From IMG/VR virus record IMGVR_UViG_3300035680_001736: DNA of 64,000 nt, one strand, 5' to 3'. Numbering within the stretch: the first letter of the stretch is position 1; each line of letters starts with the position of its first letter. Of this stretch, positions 12,201 to 21,000 are shown in pieces. Made by a program: the position numbers and the translations under genes. This DNA is from an uncultured virus (IMG/VR IMGVR_UViG_3300035680_001736). Its lineage: Duplodnaviria; Heunggongvirae; Uroviricota; Caudoviricetes. Under the pieces are notes generated by a model, which searched no databases, was not told the origin of the DNA, and saw only the letters and a program-made list of their open reading frames with translations.

Positions 12201-12966
12201 TTCTATAATTTCTAATTATTCCACCCAATCCACTGGCAGATGAGCCAGGTGTAACGGTTGAATAATAATTTATGTATGGTGAGGCAAATGAATCCCATCC
12301 ATATAAGGTAGATAAAACAACTTGTATACCATCGTTGGCAAAAAGAGTTGCCGATGCATTAAATAAAGCAAAAATTCTACACCAAGTACTTGTCCCGTAA
12401 GCTTGGAATATGTCATATTCTATCTCCCAATCTAATCTAACTAATTTTGTAGAGACTTCAGTAATATATGGGTTAATTGTTTTGGAGTTGATTTGTTTTT
12501 GTAAATCTTGTTTTTTTGTGTTTTTTCTAGACGTTTGTTTTTGTTTGGGTATTTCAGATTCATGTGATGTACCGCAGTTAAAGTCAGGTTGACCTTCTAC
12601 TAAGTCTGTTGAAAAAATTAGGTCACCGTGATGGTTAATATCAAATGTACCATCTTGTGAAACAATATGTCCATGAATTTGGTCATTGAAAAAACTAATA
12701 GACACTATAGAATTTTCGTCATCTACTAATTTACCTCTATAATGGGTACCCAAATCAACCCCGCAAACATCCCCACTTGATGATAACAGATTAAAATTAT
12801 CTGAAAAAATATTGGCCTTAGTAAGATTAATATCTTTAGTAACATTTCTTAAAGGTAAAGAAATAGTTACGTTTTTTTCATTCGAAAGTGATAGACTTCT
12901 AAGTTGAGTTCTATCAATCTCAAATGTGTTATTTAAATTTATATTTTTTAAAAGAGTATATTGCAT
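9268..12966 (-). CDS. Second reprolysin/M12-like metalloprotease with TP linkers and a propeller module
   Basis: HEQGHAFDSPH (11896-11928), GTIMSYC, prodomain FNCGT; shares [11 protein letters not shown] with the 2958..9254 gene. Confidence 0.85.
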   Translation of the reverse strand: MQYTLLKNINLNNTFEIDRTQLRSLSLSNEKNVTISLPLRNVTKDINLTKANIFSDNFNLLSSSGDVCGVDLGTHYRGKLVDDENSIVSISFFNDQIHGHIVSQDGTFDINHHGDLIFSTDLVEGQPDFNCGTSHESEIPKQKQTSRKNTKKQDLQKQINSKTINPYITEVSTKLVRLDWEIEYDIFQAYGTSTWCRIFALFNASATLFANDGIQVVLSTLYGWDSFASPYINYYSTVTPGSSASGLGGIIRNYRKYWGDGNIPPGAQSWQFQGDLKHLLAISYPILPGLGAGGVSDGLGTLCNPFSTSTTTGSADSPVVFSQLFQSQITTNPSSTVYTWNVNVVTHEQGHAFDSPHTFGCYWNVTNWTPGAEPIGCERIDSCRFENNTYSFCSVNGSFPLCIDNGFPVNGGTIMSYCHQIAVGINFANGFGPQPQQRIVNFINELTCLCPTIQRDIDFTFTVTGNSIQVVNLNTVYPRMWVWDGMVSDTVFINELEQNGGVGNFMPNSLFTSGKIGLSFEFPLNCEVCFDINTLLPEPCFIICDNVTPTPTPTRTQTPTKTPTIGFVTPTPTRTRTSTVTSTPTPTRTRTQTSNLIPSLTPTTTQTPTPTRIPNNVCTEPTSVAFGNGASWILNGITLTHSWDQNVTIITATGTSSYCQSNPTFLAPDTVANLGWNSNINVSGPFTYNIDFDVPVNNVQILYAGAGNSGVPSLTETFTFTTNTGTPSIVPTYTCLTTINGNVLVAGSGSTWSSPNLNTGTGKITINNSQSYTRLTIQGNGGSQFWNGAGTSFKFCVPSPTCCSSFRLDSSPSDTSGTTFLVVLCDGTIQNINVPTGTFQDLNCANNVSKISGLGTYIRYPGCICNSPTPTPTRTKTPVVPSLGVLLLYGLDIYTYQVSTNNQTFFGTLTFTGTPFFESNDITHTSSKIFVKGYVGIDFDDPNLICAIGEWNYTINPFSLTFVKFVELPDPIGEYPGLFAINNTTILTSTDTNTIPNGIVQINISSPTPTFTTILEFPFGFRTFGDYVLTTTGKLLVIVVDFNFRDKYIYQYDFTNLSAGPEITKILGDVLAERYLFEDNGNLYFLTNSSPSELYSVGLTPPYDLTQTNTLIFDFYSGASNTYLNSTVNLIPGGPSLTPTQTPTITPTPQPTNIGCAQCVNLHPCAISKFFVSCCEPFDTIRIYLIPFQVANTLVNGQSYFVEAVGFSNCAVYNENLNTANFSFEYINITPQ

Positions 12967-12973
12967 TTATATT

Positions 12974-15900
12974 TTAGGGGGTTTGAATGCTTATATAATC
13001 ATAATAGTAATTTACTGTTGATAAAAATGGAGAGTAGGTCGCACATCCTGAGAAACCTACCGCTTCTATGTAATAAGTAGTGTCAGAAACTAAACTTGAT
13101 AGAACATTCTGAGGTACATTGTACAATGAGAATATTCTATATGGGTCACAACACTCTATGAATGGTGTAAATGGTTCAGGTATAATTGTCGGAGTCGGTG
13201 TTTGTGTTACAGAAGGAGTGATGGTGATTTGTATTGGTGAGAAGAATGAGGTTACACATGAAGCCAACTGTGAAGTTCCTTTAGTATCTCTACCTAAGGC
13301 AACTGTTGATGATGTGTTGAATGGTGGGGTTAATTGTACGTTATAAATTATACCTGTAGATGTTCCATTTATTAAATAAATTCCGCCATTATTAACATAT
13401 AATCCATCAGGACTATCGATGTTAACAATAAATTCAAGTTCCTTACCTGTTGTTAAATAATTATATTGTTCAACATATTGGTTTATTCCGTCGGTTGTTG
13501 TTACAATTAGTTTATTATTTGTTGTCAACATAAAGTCACCCGTAACAATTCTTCCTTGAGTTAAATTGAATTGGAATGTTGATGTTGCATTAATATTAGT
13601 TATGTCGAGCTCAACAATTTGATTAGGAGTAGTGGTTGGGTTTGTTGCAATTAATGTTGTGTCATTTTTAGCGAATAAACCAAATCCTAATGGGTGTGGT
13701 GATGTAATCTGTCTATTATAAGTGGCCAAGAATGGAGATAAACTAATATTCCACTCCTCGATAATATTGTTAGAGTCCATTCTAGATAACCACAACTTAT
13801 TACTAGTATGGGCAATATCGTTAGCCAACATAGTATTTGGTACATTCAACTGAGATGTTTGATTATTTGTTGGATTGTAAGCGTAAACATCTTGACCGCT
13901 AACATAAAGAACTACACAATCTTGTAATGCAGGTCCAAGTCCTTGAGAAGGTGTAGGTGTTTTAGTTTGTGTAATACTTGGTGTAATTGTTTTTGTTGGA
14001 GTATTTGTTGGGGTTTTGGTTTTTGTTGGAGTATTTGTTGGGGTATTTGTTGGGGTTTTGGTTTTTGTTGGGGTTTCAGTTCTTGTTTGTGTTGGAGTTT
14101 GAGTTGGTTCAGGTGATGCAAATGGTGTTTTTGTGTTTGTAGGTGTTTTTGTGTTTGTAGGTGTAATGGTCGGAGTAACGGTATTTGAAGGAGTTTGAGT
14201 ATTTGTTGGTGTATTTGTTTGTGTATTTGTTGGAGTGATTGTTGATGTTCTACTTTGAGTAGGACTATTAGTTTGAGTTTTAGTTGGAGTTTGTGTTGCG
14301 GTATTTGTTGAAGTAATTGTCGATGTTGGAGTTTTGGTTCTTGTTGGTGTTGGAGTTTTGGTTGAGGTTGGTGTAACTGTTGGAGTTGGGGTTTTAGTTT
14401 TTGTTGGTGTCTTAGTTGGTGTTGTAGTTTTAGTTGGTGTCGTAGTTGGTGTTGTAGTTTTAGTTGGCGTTTTAGAAGGAGTTTGAGTTTGTGTCTCAGA
14501 CGGAGTAAAGGTTGGTGTTTTTGTTTTTGTTGGTGTAATTGTGGGAGTTTGTGTTGGTGTTTTTGTTTGAGTTTGGGTTGGAGTTTGTGTAGGACAAACA
14601 GAAATGGTTGCACATTCTGTACAATCTGTTTGAGCGGTAAACCCTTGATATGAGTATGAAAAGTCGTAGGACGTAAGTGCGGTGAGGTAAGTACCACAAC
14701 CTGAAAACCCTGTACTCTCAATGTAGTAAACTTGATTATCAGTAAGTCCTGTTTTAATTGATAATGGTACTGTAAATATTTGGTAATTATAATACGGGAT
14801 ACAACAACCACTAAAGTATATTATTTCTGGTGGGTAATAAGTTTGTGAAGGAGTAACTGTAGGTGTTTTAGTTGAAGTTTTCGTTGGGGTATTTGTCGGT
14901 GTTTTTGTTTTAGTAACTGTAGGTGTTTTAGTTGGAGTTTTTGTAACCGTGTTAGTGGGTGTCTCTGTTTTGGTAACTGTAGGTGTTTTAGTTGGAGTTT
15001 TTGTGGCCGTGTTAGTTGGTGTTTCAGTTCTAGTGACTGTAGGTGTTGGAGTATTACTTGAAGTTGATGTTTTGGTCGGTGTTGGTGTTTTGGATGCGGT
15101 TCTAGTCGGATTTGGTGTTTTAGTATTTGATGGAGTTTGTGTATTTGTTGCGGTATTTGTTTTCGTAACTGTTGGTGTTTTAGTTGGGGTCTTAGTAGAT
15201 GTGTTTGAAGGTGTATTTGTGGGAGTTTGACTTGGAGACTTAGTAACTGTACTAATAGGTGTTTTACTTTTAGTTGGGGTTTTGGTTAGGGTAGGTGTTT
15301 TTGTATTTGTGGGAGTTTGACTTGGAGATTTAGTAACTGTACTAATAGGCGTTTTACTCTTAGTTGGTGTTTTAGTTGGGGTTGGCGTTTTAGTATTAGT
15401 AGGAGTTTCTGTTTTCGTAATTGATGGTGTTGGAGAATTACTTTTTGTGATTGTTGGGGTTCTTGTAGGGGTGTTAGTTGGTTCTATAGTAGGCTCAATA
15501 ATAGGACAATTAGTAGGTGTTGGAGTTGAGGTTTCGGCTGGAGTAGGAGTTATAGTAGAAGTTGGGCTAACGGTAGGTCTTGGTGTTTTAGTATTTGATG
15601 GAGTTATAGTTATTGTTGCCGTAACTGATGGTGTTACTAATTGATAAGTAACTCCAGTAATTTCACACTCAGGTAATAAACAATCAGGACAATCAGGGTT
15701 AAACATATTAAACCTATCCTTCAGTAACTTGAAATTGTGTTTTACTTCAGGTGCCGATAACGGCTCAACATACATTCTGAATTGGGATATACCTCCATCA
15801 AAAGTACCGGCAAAATATTTTTCTAATAAAATATTAGTCTGAAGACCCTCAAATGTGGTCCCAACAAAATCGTTAGTTGGTAAATTTTCAGGGTCTTGTT

Positions 15901-16168
15901 TGTACGTTCCATCTAATATATAAGTCTTAGGACCTGGAGTTGGTTCGATATAAACAGGAAACGGATTTGATGAAGGTATTGTAAAGTTACAAGTATATTG
16001 GTCTGATGTAAAAATAAGTTCGTATGTACCAAAATAATAATCAGTTACATAATTATATGGTATAATTTGTTGACCTACATTTATAGTTCCACCCGTTTCA
16101 GGGTAAAATACTATATTTGCTGTTTGACCACTATAATTATTACTACCAATTTTAACAGTTGCCGGCAT
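12974..16168 (-). CDS. Mucin-like TP-rich mosaic protein (LamG C-terminal fragment, 6-Cys modules, DIAH propeller)
   Basis: Very long (T/S)PT(K/N/Q/R)T tracts; FDGGISQFRMYVEPLSAPEVKHNF; NDIAHTSNKLW. Confidence 0.8.
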   Translation of the reverse strand: MPATVKIGSNNYSGQTANIVFYPETGGTINVGQQIIPYNYVTDYYFGTYELIFTSDQYTCNFTIPSSNPFPVYIEPTPGPKTYILDGTYKQDPENLPTNDFVGTTFEGLQTNILLEKYFAGTFDGGISQFRMYVEPLSAPEVKHNFKLLKDRFNMFNPDCPDCLLPECEITGVTYQLVTPSVTATITITPSNTKTPRPTVSPTSTITPTPAETSTPTPTNCPIIEPTIEPTNTPTRTPTITKSNSPTPSITKTETPTNTKTPTPTKTPTKSKTPISTVTKSPSQTPTNTKTPTLTKTPTKSKTPISTVTKSPSQTPTNTPSNTSTKTPTKTPTVTKTNTATNTQTPSNTKTPNPTRTASKTPTPTKTSTSSNTPTPTVTRTETPTNTATKTPTKTPTVTKTETPTNTVTKTPTKTPTVTKTKTPTNTPTKTSTKTPTVTPSQTYYPPEIIYFSGCCIPYYNYQIFTVPLSIKTGLTDNQVYYIESTGFSGCGTYLTALTSYDFSYSYQGFTAQTDCTECATISVCPTQTPTQTQTKTPTQTPTITPTKTKTPTFTPSETQTQTPSKTPTKTTTPTTTPTKTTTPTKTPTKTKTPTPTVTPTSTKTPTPTRTKTPTSTITSTNTATQTPTKTQTNSPTQSRTSTITPTNTQTNTPTNTQTPSNTVTPTITPTNTKTPTNTKTPFASPEPTQTPTQTRTETPTKTKTPTNTPTNTPTKTKTPTNTPTKTITPSITQTKTPTPSQGLGPALQDCVVLYVSGQDVYAYNPTNNQTSQLNVPNTMLANDIAHTSNKLWLSRMDSNNIIEEWNISLSPFLATYNRQITSPHPLGFGLFAKNDTTLIATNPTTTPNQIVELDITNINATSTFQFNLTQGRIVTGDFMLTTNNKLIVTTTDGINQYVEQYNYLTTGKELEFIVNIDSPDGLYVNNGGIYLINGTSTGIIYNVQLTPPFNTSSTVALGRDTKGTSQLASCVTSFFSPIQITITPSVTQTPTPTIIPEPFTPFIECCDPYRIFSLYNVPQNVLSSLVSDTTYYIEAVGFSGCATYSPFLSTVNYYYDYISIQTP
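15212..15391. repeat. Near-perfect 90-bp tandem duplication in a TP linker
   Basis: [23 protein letters not shown] encoded twice with few substitutions. Confidence 0.8.
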
Positions 16169-16190
16169 CCAAAAACTTTATTTATAAATA

Positions 16191-16823
16191 TTAAAGTTGT
16201 TGGAAATACTTTTGTATTCTTTGACTTAATCTAACTCTTGGGTCATTTTCACTTCGACCCGTGACATTATATGGGACAATAAAACCAAAACTTAGAAAAA
16301 CTCTTCTTGAATTAAATTCATTTGTCCAATGCTTATAGAGAGACGCTTCAAACCCATAAAGGTCAGTTTGTTCAATATTAATTGAATCATCACCAATGAA
16401 TAAATCATAATTTTCAGATAAAACACTAATATTACATTTGTAATTAATGTAACCGTTAATAGATGCATCATAATGTGGATTAATTTTTCCACCCTTATTC
16501 ATATCTACCGCTTGTAGAAAAATATTATCTTTTGGAAAATTAAATTCCTTTGAGATTCGGTCAATTATATTGTAAATAAACTCAGGTAATGTATCTTGAG
16601 ATACATCTGAAATTGATTGGAATTTTGTGATGTAATTGGTAAGGGGTGTGTTTGAAATATCAAAAATGCAAGACTTTCCTTTTAGTTCTTTGGACAATTC
16701 TGATAAATGATAATTACTATCATTTCCTGTGTGATTAACAGAATCAATCCAATTTACTATTTGGTGTACTTCATCTTTTGAGATAAACTTTTTTTTTATC
16801 TTATAGGTTTCCGTGTTTTCCAA
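16191..16823 (-). CDS. 2OG-Fe(II) dioxygenase
   Basis: GGKINPHYD (HxD), distal H in YKHWT, then RRVFLSF: the DSBH facial triad plus the 2OG-binding Arg. Confidence 0.75.
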   Translation of the reverse strand: MENTETYKIKKKFISKDEVHQIVNWIDSVNHTGNDSNYHLSELSKELKGKSCIFDISNTPLTNYITKFQSISDVSQDTLPEFIYNIIDRISKEFNFPKDNIFLQAVDMNKGGKINPHYDASINGYINYKCNISVLSENYDLFIGDDSINIEQTDLYGFEASLYKHWTNEFNSRRVFLSFGFIVPYNVTGRSENDPRVRLSQRIQKYFQQL

Positions 16824-17061
16824 TCTTTTTCAAATTGTGTTTTGCCAAAAATTCCTTTGGGTTCATTGCCTCAATTATTGTTAGTTCGGCTGAGTCCATA
16901 AGTTCTTTTGCCCTTTCTTCGGGAACCGCCATAACACATAATTTGTGAGTTGCCGGCAATTCTCCTGTTGGTGATAAATCTATTTTTAAGATATTATCAT
17001 TTTTCATTTTTTCTCTTGCTTGTGAAACTTTTGATTCTTCACATAATATACATATTCTCAT
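16801..17061 (-). CDS. Hypothetical protein
   Basis: 86-aa ORF overlapping the oxygenase start; same operon orientation. Confidence 0.65.
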   Translation of the reverse strand: MRICILCEESKVSQAREKMKNDNILKIDLSPTGELPATHKLCVMAVPEERAKELMDSAELTIIEAMNPKEFLAKHNLKKIGKHGNL

Positions 17062-17073
17062 ATTATTTTATTT

Positions 17074-18039
17074 TTAATCTGAATAAACTTCAAAACTTAA
17101 TGTTCCTGTCGAACAGAATTGATTTGCTTTGTTTGTTGCAATTGATAGAAGAACTCCTCCGTCACCGGCATCCGAGTAAGTACCCAAAAACGCCGTAACT
17201 TCATTAGTATTTAATTGAGCAATTAACTCCGTTATATCATTTACCGTAGTGCCGTCACCAATAAAGTCTTCAATAAATGAACCGTCGCATTTTAACTCAA
17301 CACTAACATTATTAAAAGAATAACTTGACTCAACAGTTCCACTTACCACAATAGGTGTTGTGTTTGTATCTCGTTTAATTTTAATTTCTACGGGTGTGTA
17401 ATATAATCTGTTATCAGTTGGTTGACCTGAGTCTAAATCGGTAACAAGTACATAAACAATATCATCTTTTGTTACTAAAAACCCTGGTTGTGCGTAAACG
17501 GAAATTAAACTAACAGGTGCGGGGTAAAATGTCAATTGGGTAATTACCGATGTTTTATCTCTCTCAAAAGTATTATAAGTCGGCCCTGTAATATCGTTGT
17601 ATACAAAATAAACACCTGAGCCAGGCCCCGGATTCATATCCCAAGTTAAATCAAAACCAAGAGTATTTTCTAATACATCAACAACTAAATCACCACTTGA
17701 TACTAATTCAGAACCATTACTCCAAATCGAAGGAGTACTACCTGTAGCAATAAAAACACAATCAGTTTCGTTTATATTTCCACTAGTGACTTGTGCAACA
17801 TTACTAAAACTATCACCCGATACGTAATTTGTTATAGTATATTCTTCACCAATTATTAAAGAATAATTGAAATCAGTTATACTGGTTCCTGTTATTTGTT
17901 CGGTTTGAGTTAATAAAGCACTGTAGTTTACAAAACCTATATTAGTTGTTGTTCCTGTAACAACCAAGTTTCCATTGATAGTTATATCACCATTTATGGT
18001 TTGTCCCGATACGTTATTTACAATATATTTTGTTGTCAT
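17074..18039 (-). CDS. Putative tail-fibre-associated protein
   Basis: N-terminal GDITINGNLVVTG fibre-like motif; C-terminal domain paralogous to that of 18062..21712. Confidence 0.6.
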   Translation of the reverse strand: MTTKYIVNNVSGQTINGDITINGNLVVTGTTTNIGFVNYSALLTQTEQITGTSITDFNYSLIIGEEYTITNYVSGDSFSNVAQVTSGNINETDCVFIATGSTPSIWSNGSELVSSGDLVVDVLENTLGFDLTWDMNPGPGSGVYFVYNDITGPTYNTFERDKTSVITQLTFYPAPVSLISVYAQPGFLVTKDDIVYVLVTDLDSGQPTDNRLYYTPVEIKIKRDTNTTPIVVSGTVESSYSFNNVSVELKCDGSFIEDFIGDGTTVNDITELIAQLNTNEVTAFLGTYSDAGDGGVLLSIATNKANQFCSTGTLSFEVYSD

Positions 18040-18061
18040 TCTATTTTTATTTTTTTAGTTT

Positions 18062-21000
18062 TTAATCGTTAAATACATAAATTGAGTATGTTCCACTTGG
18101 ACAGTATTGTTGTTTTAATGGTGGGTTAATGTATAAACCAATAGTTCCATCATTATTATCAAAGAAATATCCAAATGACCTATAGTTACTATTAAAATAT
18201 GACACCAGTTCCTGCGCATTATCCGAGTTAAACCCGCTAGTGGCACCATTATTAGTATAGTTTCCATCACATTCAAACTCAAAACTTGAATTATTGAGGG
18301 GGAATGATATAGGTTGACTATACCCTGGAATATAACCTAAGATTTCATATACTGAATCAACATTTAAGATATCATCTTCATCATAAAAAGATACTCTTTT
18401 GTCACCTAATCTTCTTTCAAAAATTTGTTTGGTGTAATGTTGATAGAATGAAGAACCTGATGTTGTACCAGTTACTGTAATTACAATATCATCAGAATAA
18501 ATTGAGCTAACGGTTATTGTGATGTCATCAACGCCATCAACACCACCAAATACACTACCGTCAATGGTTAATACATCCCCAATCAAATATGAACTTCCTC
18601 CACCACTTAATGATATACTATCAACTAAATCATCAACAACAATAATATTAAAACTTCCGTTCTCACCCGCACCAGTACCTTGTGCAAATACATTATCATA
18701 TGTTCCAGTAGTTCCTGATTTACCGACAGCGTCACTTGAGAATCCATCAATAACACCGGTTACACCTCCAATTTGAGTTCCAAGTATTGTTAGTTCATCA
18801 TTATTTTGATACAATCTACCTTCACTGTTTCCACTAACACCAATTACTGTTCCACCTGAAACCTCAACATTAAATGATGCATCGACACCCATTGATTGAG
18901 TGGTGCCACATGCCTGTATTCCGGAATAAGTATTATTTGTTGCCCCTGTTCCTGCTGCGGTATAACTAAATCCTGTAATATTTCCGTAATTAAGTGTGAA
19001 ATAAGTAGTATCTATATTTGTGTTAATTACATTCCATTGGAAATAATTTCCAACTTCATTATCGTGAAAATTATCAGCAATTGTATTGTTATAGAAATAC
19101 TCACCTATTGTATTATCATAAAAATAATTACCTATGGTATTACCTTGTGGTGCGTTATATCCGTTTCCAAAACCTTCACCTATTATGTTACCACTAAAAC
19201 CGACACCGATATTGTTATTGGCAAAATTATTACCAATAGTGTTTGAAAAAACACCGCCTTTAAATGTATTTTGGTAAACATCACCCAAAAAGTCATTACT
19301 ATCAATCATGGGTCCGAAGGTATTCTCGCCACAATACCCACTAATTTGATTTCCTCCAAATCCCCAATCTAATCTATTTTTGTAAAAACTCTCATACGTT
19401 ATATTACCTTTAAATTCGTTGAATATTTGGTTATCATAAAAATCACCATATATTGTATTGTTTTCAAATTGTTCACCGATTCTATTTGTGGATGTCTCTC
19501 CACTTATTGAATTATTATTGAATCCAGAAGCAATTTCATTTTTATTGAAGTCATTTATAATTTCGTTATTTTGAAAATCAAAACCAATTTGATTATCTTC
19601 GAAATTATCACCTATGATATTATCCTCAAAATTATTACCAATTACATTATTTCTAAAATTATTACCATTATTTGTTTGTGTGTAAATTGAGTTCCATTCA
19701 GTATCCTGTGGTGAAACGCCAGAATTCCACGACCCTTCTGTTGCAATATTATAAATACCATCTGAATCACCTCTAGTTATTTCAACAACACCCTCAACAA
19801 TAATGTCAACTTCAGAACCTCCGTTTGTTTTGTTAAAAGTAATTGAATTACCTATAGGGCTACCGCTAAAATCAATTTCTTGTCTTTCATATTGGAATCC
19901 ACCTCCATTACCACTTGTCCATTGAGTAAATTTAATTTTAAAGTATTGTGATGTTGAAATTATTTTCATCACAAATTCTTTACCTAATACTTTATCATTA
20001 AAATCAGTGTCAATAGCGTCATAAAAAAGCTCGTAATTTCTTGTTGATACTGTTGATAAATTATTCCAACCAAATAGAGTATAGTTATAAGGTCTATTAT
20101 CTTGAAAATCTATCCCTACATTGTTTTCATTAAAATTATTGCTAATTATGTTATTGTAAAAATAATAATCTGTGCTATTATTTCTGAAATTATCATATAC
20201 ATTGTTATTATTGTACCCATTACCAATATTATTTAGAGCAAAATAATCACCAGTTTGATTATTATTAAAACCATTCAATATTGTATTACCAATAAATTCA
20301 CCATTTATAGTGTTATTATTGAAATTACTTCCTATTTGGTTATTTTGGAAATCATCTCTTATAATATTTTGATTAAAATTATTACGGATATAATTTCTGT
20401 AAAATTCATAATCATCTAAGTTACCAAAATCACCAATTACATTATCGTTAAAATTATCTAATATTTCATTTTTATAAAACCTAGAATAAATAATATTATT
20501 ATTAAAACCGTTACCAATTATGTTATCCTCAAAATCCTCACTATTTTCACCTAATAGTTGATTATTGTTAAAATTGTTACCAATATTATTTGAAGTTAAA
20601 TTAGTATTTATTAGGTTATCGTGAAAATAATGTCCAATAATATTAAAGTCAATATCATTCGTTGATACATTTTGATAACACCAATCTCCCCAAATATTAT
20701 TTTCATTATCAGTACCAAAAGTATTATTAAAACACCAATCACCAAATTTGTTACTTAAATAATGACCTTCTATAAACACATTGTTGGCTAATAAAAAAGT
20801 GTATGGTGGGTCAATATTTGTATGAATATTTGCAAAATTACCTATGTAGTTATTTTTAGCGAAACTTTCATCAATCGCATCACCAAATGTTGTATATTCA
20901 ATAAAATCATTTGTTTTAACATTTGTTCTTTTATAACTGAAATATCCACCACCATCGTTATTTTCGTCAACCGCTAAATAAAACGTTGAACCTGTTCCAG

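Noticed and set aside
9255..12973. Introns, inteins or frameshifts explaining the split modules
   Set aside because: No group I/II intron, intein or slippery-site features were recognised; the intervening DNA is ordinary coding sequence with its own starts (not excluded without RNA data)
13912..14811. 299-aa Gln/Leu/His/Lys-rich alternative-frame ORF (also 4940, 22925, 52623)
   Set aside because: Out-of-frame reading of TP repeats, with no independent start signals
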